Shown: positions 38,701 through 49,443, counted from the first letter of the stretch. The stretch: 64,000 bases of DNA from a bacterium (GCA_030680695.1 JAUXUT010000149.1:536324-600323), one strand, 5' to 3'. Notes: generated by a model not told the origin, from the letters alone. Numbers and translations: made by a program.

Positions 38701-41220
38701 TTATCGAATTAATACGGGAATTGGTTTAATATTCTGTGAAGAGAAATCAAAAGCGATACCAGATAGACCACCACCACCATAAGAGCTGGTTTGAGCGACT
38801 AAGCCACTGCCCCCAGGTTGAACCTGAACAACAGCCGGCACGGTGAACTTAATCGTTCCCACCGAAAGCACCGCACCATCAGATCCTTTGGCGGTTACAC
38901 GTGTTGTGTACGACGCACCAGGCGGCAGGGTTTTGAGTTGGCCAGTGAGAATGATTCTAGAATCATGGCTTGGCCCAGTCGAGACACCAGTGAAAGTTAT
39001 ACTGCTATTTGATGCTGGTTGGAAATTACGCGTTACACCATTCTGCTTCATGCTGATGGTGATTTGAGAAAATGCATCATCAAATGTTACTGGCTGTCCC
39101 GTTGATGATTCGAATGCGACCTCGAGAGATCCGATACTCCTATCTGCGGGTGAACTCACGCTTATTTCAGCACCGAACACATCACCGGATTTGGCGGTAC
39201 CGGTTTGGCTGGCCACAGTCACTGGGCTATTTGGATCGTTATTGGTCGAAGAAGATTGGCTTGGAGAGTCAGGTTTCTGGTTCGTGGCCGTTCCAGTTGT
39301 TGATGCCGCCCCCATGACTTCTATAACCTCAACCTCTGCGAGTTCGAGTGGTCTGTAACACGAAGCATTTCCACTATAACTTTGGTAATGCTCGTTACAT
39401 GACTTTACCGCAGCGTTTTTTTGTATTCTAATTGCGGATGCATTCTGATTTACTGGAACAACGATTGGGTTATTTGTTTGACCACCGTCAATTACCGAAC
39501 TCAACCAGACTTCCCCAGCAGAAGTCTTGGCCGATATGGTGAACATGCCCAGGCTGTCGGCCCCAGATTTATCTGACACTTTCCAGATTCGAATTTCTTG
39601 TATTTTTCTGGTCTGTCCAAGGTTCACTTCCCACCACGGATTTGCATCGTCCTCGTATGTTGATGATCCTTTCACATACTGATTGGTTTGTGTAATTCCA
39701 TCTACGGCGCCACCAGGATTCGTGCCCGATGATTGGCTTGTTGGTTTAAGTAATGCGGCGTTTGCCGTGGCGTTGCCAGAACTAAACGCGCTTACAAGGG
39801 ACGCCTGTTGTTGGCTTTGTTGGTTGGTACTTGCAGTTATACCCGCATTCGCCGCTTCGTTTATGTTCCGTATGTTCGGATTAGATTCGCTGGTGAAAAG
39901 ACCTTGTGCCTCGCCTATGCTACCGATTCGGTAATCATCGAGCTCTGTGCCAGCACCGATATCAGTAGATGCTGGAAGCGCTGTTCCATAGTATTGGGCG
40001 CGATAACGATCGAGATACGTCGGACCGCTCGTCGAACGTTTTTTAGACAGGCCAAGTAGGCCGCTTGCACCTGAAATGGCTTTCTGCGCAATTTGGTTGA
40101 GGGTTGCGGCGATAACATGGTCTATTTCGGTCGCAACAGCAGACTGAATTTCAGATTGACCAAGCACAGAGCTCAATTTATCAGCAATGATTTTACCAGG
40201 AGTTTTTGTGGTCATCTTACCGGGCTTACATTGAGGCTTGGAGTCAAAATTGCTGGTAAACTCAGATAATGTTGCGGGGCTGGCATTGAAACTAGTTTCA
40301 GACGCAAGATAGTTTGTTAGGTTCTCATCCATAATCTGTTGTGATGTAATTGCAACAGAGAACGGATTGATGGACGCAGTACCTACTGAAGGATTACTGA
40401 TGTTTGCATTTGAAGCCGCAACCGTACGAGCCCGCGCCTCGCCCGCGCTCTCATATTCATCGCATGTGTCGAAGTTCAAAAATCCCGATCCAATTGTGAT
40501 TTTTTTCTCTTGTATATTTTTTGCACGCCCCGCTCTTTGGGCTAGTTCTGATTCCGCGACTAGGTAAGCACCATATACATTGTTTGTTGGCCTGGCGGTC
40601 AGACTTAGCCAATTATCCCAACCGGCACCACCGTTGTTTTGTACAAAGTTTTCGATATTGTCACCGATTTTGCTAAGGGTACAAGTAATTCTATCTTGAA
40701 ACGGGCGGCTGTATTTGAGGGCGAGCTCAAGGCGAATTTTGAAAGAAAAGTCTTTACAAAGGAAGCCGAGCTCCGTTCCTTCGATAAATGTACCCATTAC
40801 CTGGTCAGCAGCATTAAGGAGGGTTCCCTCAAAATCGGTGACAAACAAAGGTTTACCCTCAAAGCCGCTGTTCACCCAGTTCACAACACTTGCACCGATA
40901 TTACGTATAAGCGCAATAACAAGGGCTTGCCCAAGAGGTTTTAATATACACGTAGTAAGCGTATTTGTATTTACACTTCCCCCTGAGAAGATGTCGCCCA
41001 AGAATCGGCCAACGTTGGCAGATGGAACGCCCACAGCTTCTTGGACTGAACCAGGGGCTTGTGTGGCGGCGGATGTGGTAAAGGCCGCGGCGCATGCGGC
41101 AACTGTTCCAGACTGGGCCGATACCTGGCGGGGCTGAGCAAGAAGGCCTGCTGGGACCATCAAAGACGCGATGATTGCGAAACAGATTACGTGCGCTGAT
41201 AGATTTTTCATGAAGCTCAT
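38701..41220 (-). CDS. large secreted protein with F5/8 type C (discoidin) domain
   Basis: 839 aa; signal peptide; discoidin-domain signature ...GAVDGITQTN..SSTYEDDANPWWEVNLGQTRKIQEIRIW...; Ig-like C-terminal region. Confidence 0.55.
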   Translation of the reverse strand: MSFMKNLSAHVICFAIIASLMVPAGLLAQPRQVSAQSGTVAACAAAFTTSAATQAPGSVQEAVGVPSANVGRFLGDIFSGGSVNTNTLTTCILKPLGQALVIALIRNIGASVVNWVNSGFEGKPLFVTDFEGTLLNAADQVMGTFIEGTELGFLCKDFSFKIRLELALKYSRPFQDRITCTLSKIGDNIENFVQNNGGAGWDNWLSLTARPTNNVYGAYLVAESELAQRAGRAKNIQEKKITIGSGFLNFDTCDEYESAGEARARTVAASNANISNPSVGTASINPFSVAITSQQIMDENLTNYLASETSFNASPATLSEFTSNFDSKPQCKPGKMTTKTPGKIIADKLSSVLGQSEIQSAVATEIDHVIAATLNQIAQKAISGASGLLGLSKKRSTSGPTYLDRYRAQYYGTALPASTDIGAGTELDDYRIGSIGEAQGLFTSESNPNIRNINEAANAGITASTNQQSQQQASLVSAFSSGNATANAALLKPTSQSSGTNPGGAVDGITQTNQYVKGSSTYEDDANPWWEVNLGQTRKIQEIRIWKVSDKSGADSLGMFTISAKTSAGEVWLSSVIDGGQTNNPIVVPVNQNASAIRIQKNAAVKSCNEHYQSYSGNASCYRPLELAEVEVIEVMGAASTTGTATNQKPDSPSQSSSTNNDPNSPVTVASQTGTAKSGDVFGAEISVSSPADRSIGSLEVAFESSTGQPVTFDDAFSQITISMKQNGVTRNFQPASNSSITFTGVSTGPSHDSRIILTGQLKTLPPGASYTTRVTAKGSDGAVLSVGTIKFTVPAVVQVQPGGSGLVAQTSSYGGGGLSGIAFDFSSQNIKPIPVLIR

Positions 41221-41238
41221 GTTGGAATCAATTATAAC

Positions 41239-42204
41239 TTATCGTATCAACACATATCCACTTTCTTGTGCAGAGAAGGTGATACCCATGGTCCGCATGT
41301 AAGCCCTGGTTTTCAGGGTGGCTGCCGTCAGCACATTGAGCATTTCTTCATATTGACCTATTTTCGAATACGCACCAATAGGGTCGGTACTCAAAGTTGA
41401 TATGCCAACAGCGATATCGCGACTCATTTGTAAACCTTGGATGAATTCAGAGTGGGCCGACGCGATTCCTGCTGGAACCAGTATCACAATAAGCGAATCA
41501 ATCATTTTGTTATATCTGGTGATGATGCGGGCCAGAAGATCTGTATCACCAGAAGCGGGTGTACCTGTGAGCATGCGTTCAAGCACGGTAAATTCGAATT
41601 CACTCGGGTCAGCCGCTGGTGTTGAAAGGATCTTGCCGAGGGTGTTTCCGTATACGCGTAATGCGACAGCGCTGTTATCCGACGAGATATTAAGCATCGA
41701 CACATCAAATGGCTTTACGGTAGTATCGTATTCAAGATTGATTAGCTCTGCTGCTATTGCCTCGCTTAATTCATCATTTATTTCAGCGCCAGAGCTTTTG
41801 GCCTCTATGTATCGCATGAAAAGCTCTTGCGAGAAGCGGTCTGTTGCGGTCGGTACATACATATTTGTCGATGTGGTCGCCTGGATGGTGGCGCTTTCCC
41901 CAGGACCATAAACGAGCGGGTTGCGATTGGCCTTAATTTCATCATTGTCATTCATCCTGTCACCGTCGGTGTCGGGGTTGTTGGGATCAGTGCCATAGAT
42001 GGCTTCCTCCCAGTCTTTAAGGCCATCTCCATCAGTGTCGAGCTCGAGCGACCTTTTAATCATGTCGGCTGCAATGACTGATTTATCTTTCGGTGTCTCC
42101 TCTGGAAGATTGGTGGCAAAAAGTGTACCAACAATGATACAGATTGCGACAATAAGAGCGATGCCAATTTTTGTGCCCAAAAAAGAGAATACACGACGTA
42201 TCAT
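41239..42204 (-). CDS. membrane-anchored protein with thrombospondin type-3-like calcium-binding repeats
   Basis: 321 aa; N-terminal TM; DTDGDGLKDWEEAIYGTDPNNPDTDGDRMNDNDE (DxDxDG repeats). Confidence 0.5.
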   Translation of the reverse strand: MIRRVFSFLGTKIGIALIVAICIIVGTLFATNLPEETPKDKSVIAADMIKRSLELDTDGDGLKDWEEAIYGTDPNNPDTDGDRMNDNDEIKANRNPLVYGPGESATIQATTSTNMYVPTATDRFSQELFMRYIEAKSSGAEINDELSEAIAAELINLEYDTTVKPFDVSMLNISSDNSAVALRVYGNTLGKILSTPAADPSEFEFTVLERMLTGTPASGDTDLLARIITRYNKMIDSLIVILVPAGIASAHSEFIQGLQMSRDIAVGISTLSTDPIGAYSKIGQYEEMLNVLTAATLKTRAYMRTMGITFSAQESGYVLIR

Positions 42205-42241
42205 TTCATAAGTATATCACTTTGTTGCTATACTTACGCTT

Positions 42242-43348
42242 GTGAATAGAAAAAAGGCAATATGGATTATAGCTATAGGACTCATTGTGGTCGCAATTGT
42301 CGTCCTCTGGCTTTTCATGAGGACCAAGACTGATGTCCCTGTTGACGAGCCAGGTCCTGAGTGCCCTTTTTTCCAAACAAGTAACCCTTCTGCCCCGTGT
42401 TATTTGCCTTCAGGGGTAATAGACACACCAGAACCAACAACAGGAACAACTGTTCCGGCCACTTTTCCAGCCCAATGTGCGGATGAGGCCACGGTTATAG
42501 ATAGAAACGAATGTGTGACGGTATTGGCGGCTGAGTCTCGCCGGATCGACGCCTGTGAATTTGTTGTAGGTTCGCTCGCTAAGGCATCTTGTCTTAACGG
42601 TGTAATACAGAAGCCAGTTATCCTGCCCCAAGCACCAGATGCGTACCAAAATTATTTAGAGGTGTTTGTTAAAGGCCCTGTTTCAACCGTAGAAGTCCCT
42701 CGTGTTGTTACGAGTTCCGGTATCCCAGACATGCCTGTTGCAACCACAACAGATTCACGATTCACGATGGAGGGTTTTGTGAACCGTGCGACTACAGACG
42801 CTGAATTAAAGGTATTTGCCCTATCCCATTATCAGGCCAAGCCGGGTGAAACGGTGCAGGTATACGGTTCGGGATTTGTTTATCCAAGCACAGTGATGGT
42901 CGGTTCGATACCAATTCATGGCCTTCGCAGTGTCGACGGGTTCTCTTTGTCATTCACTGCACCATCATCGACCGGTGAATACGAAATTTCAGTTACGAAT
43001 TCAAAAGGATCGTCGGGGAGTGCTCGCCCAAAGCTATTGATTACTGATAGTCCTGCTCCACGACCACAAATAACCAGCGCCTCCCCTTCTATTGTTGATG
43101 TGTCTGGAGAAGTCACATTAACTGGAATTGGATTTATGGACACCAACATTATCACCACCACTCTCGGTGTAGTTCAAAATGTGTCTTCGAATGGGACGAG
43201 CCTCCGTTTCCGTATCGCTGACCTCACAGTGGTCTCACAAGTTAAAGATTTACCAGAAGTGAAGGGTATGAGGGTACCTGTTGGTGTATATGTGAATAAC
43301 GCTAATGGATTCAACCAAGACTTATTTTATTTCGATGTACAATTCTAA
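42242..43348 (+). CDS. hypothetical membrane-anchored extracytoplasmic protein
   Basis: 368 aa; N-terminal TM, Cys-containing region, Ig/IPT-like beta-rich C-terminus. Confidence 0.4.
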   Translation: MNRKKAIWIIAIGLIVVAIVVLWLFMRTKTDVPVDEPGPECPFFQTSNPSAPCYLPSGVIDTPEPTTGTTVPATFPAQCADEATVIDRNECVTVLAAESRRIDACEFVVGSLAKASCLNGVIQKPVILPQAPDAYQNYLEVFVKGPVSTVEVPRVVTSSGIPDMPVATTTDSRFTMEGFVNRATTDAELKVFALSHYQAKPGETVQVYGSGFVYPSTVMVGSIPIHGLRSVDGFSLSFTAPSSTGEYEISVTNSKGSSGSARPKLLITDSPAPRPQITSASPSIVDVSGEVTLTGIGFMDTNIITTTLGVVQNVSSNGTSLRFRIADLTVVSQVKDLPEVKGMRVPVGVYVNNANGFNQDLFYFDVQF

Positions 43349-43349
43349 T

Positions 43350-43739
43350 ATGCGTTTCACCCAGATATTAATGGTTTTATCGGTCATTGCTGCATTATTG
43401 ATAATGCCGGCACGTGTTGACGCTCAGGTTCCTCCACTTTTACCGTTTGGTGGATGGTTGATTACTCCTATTCCGTGCACATGTAGCTTAACAACATGGA
43501 ACTGGTACGCTCCACTTTATCTCGCCGCCTCAGTTCCAGTTACCGGACCCATGACATATGTTCCATACGCAACTGTGCCGTTCGCAAATTTTCTTGTCAT
43601 AGTTCCAGCTACTCCGCACAAGGGCGCGTATATACCAGGTGTTCCAGCTTGTTGGGTTGGATTCCCTCCGTTCTGTGTTCCTTTGCCAAATATTGGTGTC
43701 ATTGGTTTTATGGGCACTGGATTACCTGGGGGTAAGTAG
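43350..43739 (+). CDS. hypothetical small secreted Pro/Cys-rich protein
   Basis: Start at MRFTQILMVLSVIAALLIMPARVDA (signal peptide); mature part Pro-, Trp-, Cys-rich. Confidence 0.35.
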   Translation: MRFTQILMVLSVIAALLIMPARVDAQVPPLLPFGGWLITPIPCTCSLTTWNWYAPLYLAASVPVTGPMTYVPYATVPFANFLVIVPATPHKGAYIPGVPACWVGFPPFCVPLPNIGVIGFMGTGLPGGK

Positions 43740-43779
43740 GGTTTTGAGTTTGCGGGATTTTTTTGCGCAGGTTTGTGAT

Positions 43780-44559
43780 TTATTGCGCGAGCTTTATCCA
43801 GATATCGAGAGACACATCTTCTGCACGTGCGTTATCGTCGAGGCCGAGCGCCTTGAACTTCTGGGCAACTTGGTCTTTAGGCATGACCGAGGTGAGATTA
43901 CCGGCGAGCTTTTTTCGTTTCTGGGCGAAGCCGGCCTTTACGGTCTCAAAGAAACGGGACTCATCTGTCGTGTTCGCAAATGGCATTTTGATGTCTGACA
44001 ATTTGAGTACCGCAGAATCTACATTCGGTATTGGGAAAAAGTTTCCACGTGATACGTTCATGACAAGTGACGGTGTTGCATAGACTTTCACCGACAGGGA
44101 CAGGATGCTTTCCTTGCCGTCGCGGGCGATGATACGGTCCGCTACTTCTTTTTGAACCATAAGGATCATAGAGTCCGGCTTGTCATCGATCGACAGGAAC
44201 TGACGGATAATCTGACCGGTGATGTAATACGGGATATTCGCGATTACCTTGTAATGGCCCTTGATACGTATCGATACAGCATCCATAGATTCGAGCACAT
44301 CGCCGTGAATGAGAACCAAATCGCCGCGAGAAATTTCTGGTTTAAAACGCGTCGCGAGAAGAGGTATAAGACGATCGTCTTTTTCGACGGCAATGACGTG
44401 CGCACCAGCCCTGAGGAGAGCCGCAGTAAGGACGCCTTTACCTGGACCGATTTCAATAACCTGCTCGCCCGGAGTGATTTCTCCAGCCATGACAATTCCA
44501 CCCACGACACGTTCGGATATGAGGAAATTTTGCCCGAGGGACTTTTTTGCGAATGCCAT
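43780..44559 (-). CDS. rsmA: 16S rRNA (adenine1518/1519-N6)-dimethyltransferase
   Basis: 259 aa; KSLGQNFL start, SAM-binding VIEIGPGKGVLT. Confidence 0.9.
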   Translation of the reverse strand: MAFAKKSLGQNFLISERVVGGIVMAGEITPGEQVIEIGPGKGVLTAALLRAGAHVIAVEKDDRLIPLLATRFKPEISRGDLVLIHGDVLESMDAVSIRIKGHYKVIANIPYYITGQIIRQFLSIDDKPDSMILMVQKEVADRIIARDGKESILSLSVKVYATPSLVMNVSRGNFFPIPNVDSAVLKLSDIKMPFANTTDESRFFETVKAGFAQKRKKLAGNLTSVMPKDQVAQKFKALGLDDNARAEDVSLDIWIKLAQ

Positions 44560-44573
44560 CTGCCTATACTGCC

Positions 44574-46514
44574 TTATATATCGAAATAAATCACTTTTCC
44601 ACCCGCTCGCACCTTTTCTTCGTGCGCAAGATGTTCGTCTGGTATGTCTAGTACGAATTCCGATGGGACGGCCATTTGGCGTGATCCGAATATGGTTCGT
44701 ATCGATGCATACGACAAGTAGAGGCGTTTTTTCGCACGGGTCAAGGCAACATAAAATAGCCGTCGCTCTTCTTCCTCGTCCCGTTTAGAGCCATTTTTCG
44801 ATTCCATGCCGCGATGTGGGAAGAGGTCCTGTTCAAGTCCTGTGATAAAAACATATTCAAATTCTAGTCCTTTGGACGCATGCACAGTCATAAGTCGCGT
44901 AGCACGTTTTTCTTCCTCCATCTCGTCTTGGTCTGTGGCGAGGGCCGCGTCTTCAAGGAGCTTTGAAATACCCTCGCCCTGCGGCATGACATCGTATCTC
45001 ATGGCGAGCGACGCGAGCTCCTTTATGTTTTCGAGCCGTTCGAGATCCTCGTCCGTGCCGTCTTTGAGCATATCCTCGAGACCACTGTACTTCACGACGA
45101 ATTTCACGACCTCGGACGGTCGCTCAGTTTCTGATTTTTGGCGAATCTCATCAAGAAGGACATTGAACTGCCTCCATTTTTCTTGATGGGCCGGTGACAT
45201 GGCGTCGATCATGCCAGAGAAAATCTTGGCCATGCTCACCTTACCAATTCCACGTGGCGGCACATTGATGATGCGTTCGATGTCGGTTATGGAATCGCGG
45301 TTAAGGGCCGCGCGGACGAACGACAGCACATCACGCACCTCTTTTCGTTCGAAGAATTTCACACCGAGCACCTGGTAGTCGAGACCTTTATCAATCATTG
45401 CTTCTTCGAGGGCGCGCGACTGAAAGTTTGCGCGGTACAGGACTGCAATTTCTCGTGGGTCTACCCCATTTTCTATGAGCTCTGCTGCTGTTGCGGCGAC
45501 AAATCGCGCCTCATCACCTTCATCGAAGGCCTGATACAGTTTTATCTTCTCGCCCGGGCCCTGTCTTGTGAACAGATTTTTCTCGAATCGATTCTTGTTT
45601 TTCTTAATAATATGGTTTGCCGCCTCAAGGATAGTCTGGGTCGAACGATAGTTCTCTTCAAGGGTGACCATTTTCGCTCCCGGGAAGTCGCGTTCGAAAT
45701 TAAGGATATTTTTGATGTCTGCGCCGCGCCAGCTGTATATGTTTTGATCGACGTCCCCCACAACACAGATGTTTTTGGACTCACCCGTGATGAGTTTGGC
45801 GATGGAATATTGCACCTTATTTGTATCCTGATACTCGTCGATATGCACATATTTCCAGAGCGATGTGTATCTGATACGCACTTCCTCGATCTCGAGCAAC
45901 TCCTTTGCCTTGAGAAGTAAGTCGTCGAAGTCTAGGGCTTTCTCCTTTTTAAGCGCTACCTCGTATTTCTGCCAGGCTTTCCAGACGATTTCGCGCATAT
46001 ATTCATTGCCGACGGTCTCACTGAACTTATCGACGTTCATACAGTTCCCCTTTTCCTTCGAGATGATGGAGAGGATTACTGATGGATCGTATTGCTTTGG
46101 ATCAAGACCCATTTCGACCACGGCGGCCTTTACGGCTCGACGGGAATCGCTGCGGTCGAAGATTGTGAAATGACGAGTAAGACCAAGTCGCTGGGCATTT
46201 TCCTTGATTATGTGAACACCGAGCGAATGGAAGGTGCTTACGAACGGTCGTTCGTTGAAAGACAGAGGAAGGTTGAGTTCCTTGTCTTTGGCGATGAGCG
46301 CCATGACGCGTTCGCGCATTTCTTTGGCTGCTTTGTTAGTGAACGTGATGGCGAGGATGTTTTTTGGCGCAGTTCCCTGTTTTATTAGATGGAGGATGCG
46401 GTATGTGACGGTCTTGGTCTTGCCTGCACCCGCCCCAGCAAGGATGAGCACCGGTCCAATCGTCGTTTGGGCGGCTTCCCTTTGCTTTTCGTTGAGGTCG
46501 GAGAGGTAAGTCAT
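44574..46514 (-). CDS. pcrA: ATP-dependent DNA helicase (UvrD/PcrA/Rep family)
   Basis: 646 aa; helicase motif I AGAGAGKTKT, SF1 motifs throughout. Confidence 0.9.
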   Translation of the reverse strand: MTYLSDLNEKQREAAQTTIGPVLILAGAGAGKTKTVTYRILHLIKQGTAPKNILAITFTNKAAKEMRERVMALIAKDKELNLPLSFNERPFVSTFHSLGVHIIKENAQRLGLTRHFTIFDRSDSRRAVKAAVVEMGLDPKQYDPSVILSIISKEKGNCMNVDKFSETVGNEYMREIVWKAWQKYEVALKKEKALDFDDLLLKAKELLEIEEVRIRYTSLWKYVHIDEYQDTNKVQYSIAKLITGESKNICVVGDVDQNIYSWRGADIKNILNFERDFPGAKMVTLEENYRSTQTILEAANHIIKKNKNRFEKNLFTRQGPGEKIKLYQAFDEGDEARFVAATAAELIENGVDPREIAVLYRANFQSRALEEAMIDKGLDYQVLGVKFFERKEVRDVLSFVRAALNRDSITDIERIINVPPRGIGKVSMAKIFSGMIDAMSPAHQEKWRQFNVLLDEIRQKSETERPSEVVKFVVKYSGLEDMLKDGTDEDLERLENIKELASLAMRYDVMPQGEGISKLLEDAALATDQDEMEEEKRATRLMTVHASKGLEFEYVFITGLEQDLFPHRGMESKNGSKRDEEEERRLFYVALTRAKKRLYLSYASIRTIFGSRQMAVPSEFVLDIPDEHLAHEEKVRAGGKVIYFDI

Positions 46515-46769
46515 GGATGAATTCTAACACTCACATGCTTACCACCCTATTTTGCTTTAAAATGGCTCAATGGGGCCATTTTTGTGTTGTGGGGATATCG
46601 AGTGGACAAAGTGGTTTGACTTACAGGGACATGCGAGTATAGTTATGAAGCACCGAAATGACTGAATGACTGAAATATGGCTCAACAGAGCCATACAACA
46701 TCTGAAATTGAGGTAAATTCTGGATAAATTAAGAGTATTTCTTGGTTTCTCAACATAGCTCCCGCCCAC

Positions 46770-47816
46770 TTGTCTGCTAAAGAGGGCCGCACGGAGATTT
46801 CACGGCCTATTATCAAGCTTTACTTTGTAAAGCTTGCGTTCGTTTTTAGTCTTTTGGCCGGCTTCCTTACCCCGATGGGCGTATCCGCAGGGGTATTTTC
46901 ATTCATTGGTAGTCTTGTGTCGAGCAAGGAAGCAGATGCTGGCATTCGAGAGTTCACTTCTCAGAACATGCCGCTTCTTCAAGCGTCTTATAACCCAAAT
47001 ATGACGAGCGAGGCCGAGATAGCCATGGTTGATGGCAGCGCTCTCATCCAGGAGGCTGGTGTGAACGGCACACAGGCAGATCTTCTTGGTTCTAAATCAA
47101 CCCAGATTAGCCTTTACGTTGTGCGCCAAGGCGATTCCCTGTCGCAGGTCGCAAAAATGTTCGGCGTTTCTGTAAATACCATTGTATGGGCAAACGACAT
47201 CAAGAAAGGACTTATACGTGAAGGTGATGAGCTCGTCATTCTCCCTATAACCGGTGTATCTCATACCGTGACAAAGGGTGACACCATTCGTTCAATTGCG
47301 ACAAAATATAAGGCTGATATGGGCGATATCCTTTCATATAACAGTCTCAAATCAGACGCGGTACTTGCCGTTGGAAGTACGATTATGATCCCTGACGGTG
47401 AAGTAATCGCCCCTGTTGTAAATTCAACCAGTGTTACGTCGCCCCTACGCAGCGCTGGCGGGCCTCTCTATAAAGACTATTTCACACGACCTCTCGTTGG
47501 TGGATCAAAGAGCCAAGGACTTCACGGAAACAACGCCGTTGATTTCGGCGCCCCAACCGGCACACAGATTCTTGCTGCAGCAGATGGTGTTGTCATCATC
47601 GCCCGCTCATCTGGATATAACGGTGGTTATGGATCATACATCGTAATCAGCCATCCAAATGGTACCCAGACGCTCTATGCGCATGCGAGCCGCGTGACTG
47701 TGTCTCAGGGCGACACTGTGTCCAAGGGTCAGGCCATAGGAACCGTGGGTTCTACGGGTAAGTCTACTGGTCCACATCTTCACTTCGAGGTTCGTGGTGC
47801 GACAAACCCATTCTAA
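46770..47816 (+). CDS. LysM-domain M23 family metallopeptidase
   Basis: Two LysM repeats (YVVRQGDSLSQVAKMFGVSVNTIVWAN; HTVTKGDTIRSIATKYKADMGDILSYN); C-terminal M23 motifs (HxxxD..., HLHFEV). Confidence 0.85.
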   Translation: MSAKEGRTEISRPIIKLYFVKLAFVFSLLAGFLTPMGVSAGVFSFIGSLVSSKEADAGIREFTSQNMPLLQASYNPNMTSEAEIAMVDGSALIQEAGVNGTQADLLGSKSTQISLYVVRQGDSLSQVAKMFGVSVNTIVWANDIKKGLIREGDELVILPITGVSHTVTKGDTIRSIATKYKADMGDILSYNSLKSDAVLAVGSTIMIPDGEVIAPVVNSTSVTSPLRSAGGPLYKDYFTRPLVGGSKSQGLHGNNAVDFGAPTGTQILAAADGVVIIARSSGYNGGYGSYIVISHPNGTQTLYAHASRVTVSQGDTVSKGQAIGTVGSTGKSTGPHLHFEVRGATNPF

Positions 47817-47817
47817 T

Positions 47818-49362
47818 TCAAAGCTTTCTTTGTCGATATTGAAGCGCCTCCAAAATGTGAGGCGCTTTTGTTTTATCGGAGCCTTCGAGGTCTGCAATGG
47901 TACGAGCCAGTCGTATGACACGGTGTATTCCACGACCGGACAGACCGTATTGTCGAGCAGCTTGTTCGAGTATAGATATGCCGTCTGATGATAGGAGTAC
48001 CGCCGCCTGCATATCTTTGGCTGGCAGCATCGAGTTCAATCGATAGTTTCCACCGAGCATAAGAGCTCTGTCCGCCTGCATTTTTCTTGCCCTTGTTACT
48101 GTTTTACGCACAATGTCTTTGTTATGAGATTGGTGATCAAGACGTGCGAGCTTTTCTCTGTCTACTTTTGACACTTCGATCCACATATCGATGCGATCAG
48201 CGATAGGTCCGGATATTTTTTTCTCGTATCGGTTGATTTCCTTGGCGCTGCACGAGCAAATCAGTTCTGTTGATCCACGATTGCCACATGGACACGGATT
48301 CATTGCCGCGACGAGTATGAAGTTTGCTGGGAATGTGGCCGCACCACGTGCCCGAGAGAATGATATGACCCCTTCTTCTAGTGGTTGACGTAGCGCCTCG
48401 AGGACTTCACGTTTGAATTCAGGGAACTCGTCCATAAACAACACACCGCGATGAGCCAGAGTTATCTCGCCTGGTTTCGGTATTGATCCACCACCTATGA
48501 TGGAGCTTGCCGAAGACGTGTGGTGGGGTGAACGCACCGGTGCTGTTGTTACCATGCCGCCATTAAGGCCACCTGCGACTGAATGTATTTCAGTGGCTTC
48601 GACCATGTCATTAAATGAAAGTGGAGGCAGGATACTGTGCAACGCCCGCGCGAGCATGGTTTTACCGGTTCCTGGCGGCCCAGACAGCGCGATGTTGTGG
48701 CCGCCTGCGGCAGCTATCATAATGGCCCGTTTAGCGGCATCTTGTCCGACGATATCGTCAATCGTGACTCCGTGGCCGTCCAGAAATTCTGTAGTCGTAT
48801 CGTCTTGATTATGGATTGAGAATGGAGTGACAGGGATCGTTTCTGTGGACTGGAGGTGGTCTATTGCTTGTCGCAGGGATGATACACCGAATACTAATAT
48901 ACCCTCTACGATGGCTGCCTCGATAGCATTTTCTTCCGGCACGAACAATTCCTTGAATCCTGCAGTTTTGGCGGCTCGCGCAAAAGATAATACACCGTTA
49001 ACCGGCCTTACACTGCCATCGAGCGACAGCTCGCCCACAAAGAGTTTTCCATCTGATTCGAAAGATATTTCCCCGGCCGCGAGAAGGTATCCAAGAGCTA
49101 TCGGCAAGTCGAAAGCCGGGCCGCCTTTTCTTGTTTGGGCTGGGGCAAGCGAAACAACAATTTTGGCGTTTGTTTGTCTCGGTGATTTGAAACCAGAATT
49201 TTTTATAGCTGCGGATACGCGGTCTTTCGATTCGTCGACGGCTTTATCCGGAAGACCAACAATCGAGAACGAGTGTAGACCGCGAGATATGTCCGTCTCG
49301 ACTGATATTATTTCCGCTTGTAATAATCTGACCTGTGCACTTGATATATGTGAGAATGGCAT
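47818..49362 (-). CDS. comM: YifB/ComM family Mg-chelatase-like AAA+ ATPase
   Basis: 514 aa; N-terminal Lon-like/ChlI domain, Walker A SGPPGTGKTMLA, C-terminal domain. Confidence 0.85.
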   Translation of the reverse strand: MPFSHISSAQVRLLQAEIISVETDISRGLHSFSIVGLPDKAVDESKDRVSAAIKNSGFKSPRQTNAKIVVSLAPAQTRKGGPAFDLPIALGYLLAAGEISFESDGKLFVGELSLDGSVRPVNGVLSFARAAKTAGFKELFVPEENAIEAAIVEGILVFGVSSLRQAIDHLQSTETIPVTPFSIHNQDDTTTEFLDGHGVTIDDIVGQDAAKRAIMIAAAGGHNIALSGPPGTGKTMLARALHSILPPLSFNDMVEATEIHSVAGGLNGGMVTTAPVRSPHHTSSASSIIGGGSIPKPGEITLAHRGVLFMDEFPEFKREVLEALRQPLEEGVISFSRARGAATFPANFILVAAMNPCPCGNRGSTELICSCSAKEINRYEKKISGPIADRIDMWIEVSKVDREKLARLDHQSHNKDIVRKTVTRARKMQADRALMLGGNYRLNSMLPAKDMQAAVLLSSDGISILEQAARQYGLSGRGIHRVIRLARTIADLEGSDKTKAPHILEALQYRQRKL

Positions 49363-49443
49363 TCCGAGAGTCTAGCAACCGGGTGTTCAAGGCAGCATAA
49401 AGACCTCATGAAGAGGTCTTTATATTTTTCAAGAAACCTTTTC

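Noticed and set aside
46530-46769. Possible small RNA in the uvrD/M23-peptidase divergent spacer (two hairpins, AATGACTG direct repeat)
   Set aside because: No terminator-plus-promoter pairing that defines a transcript; more simply a divergent promoter region carrying two copies of the recurrent hairpin motif.
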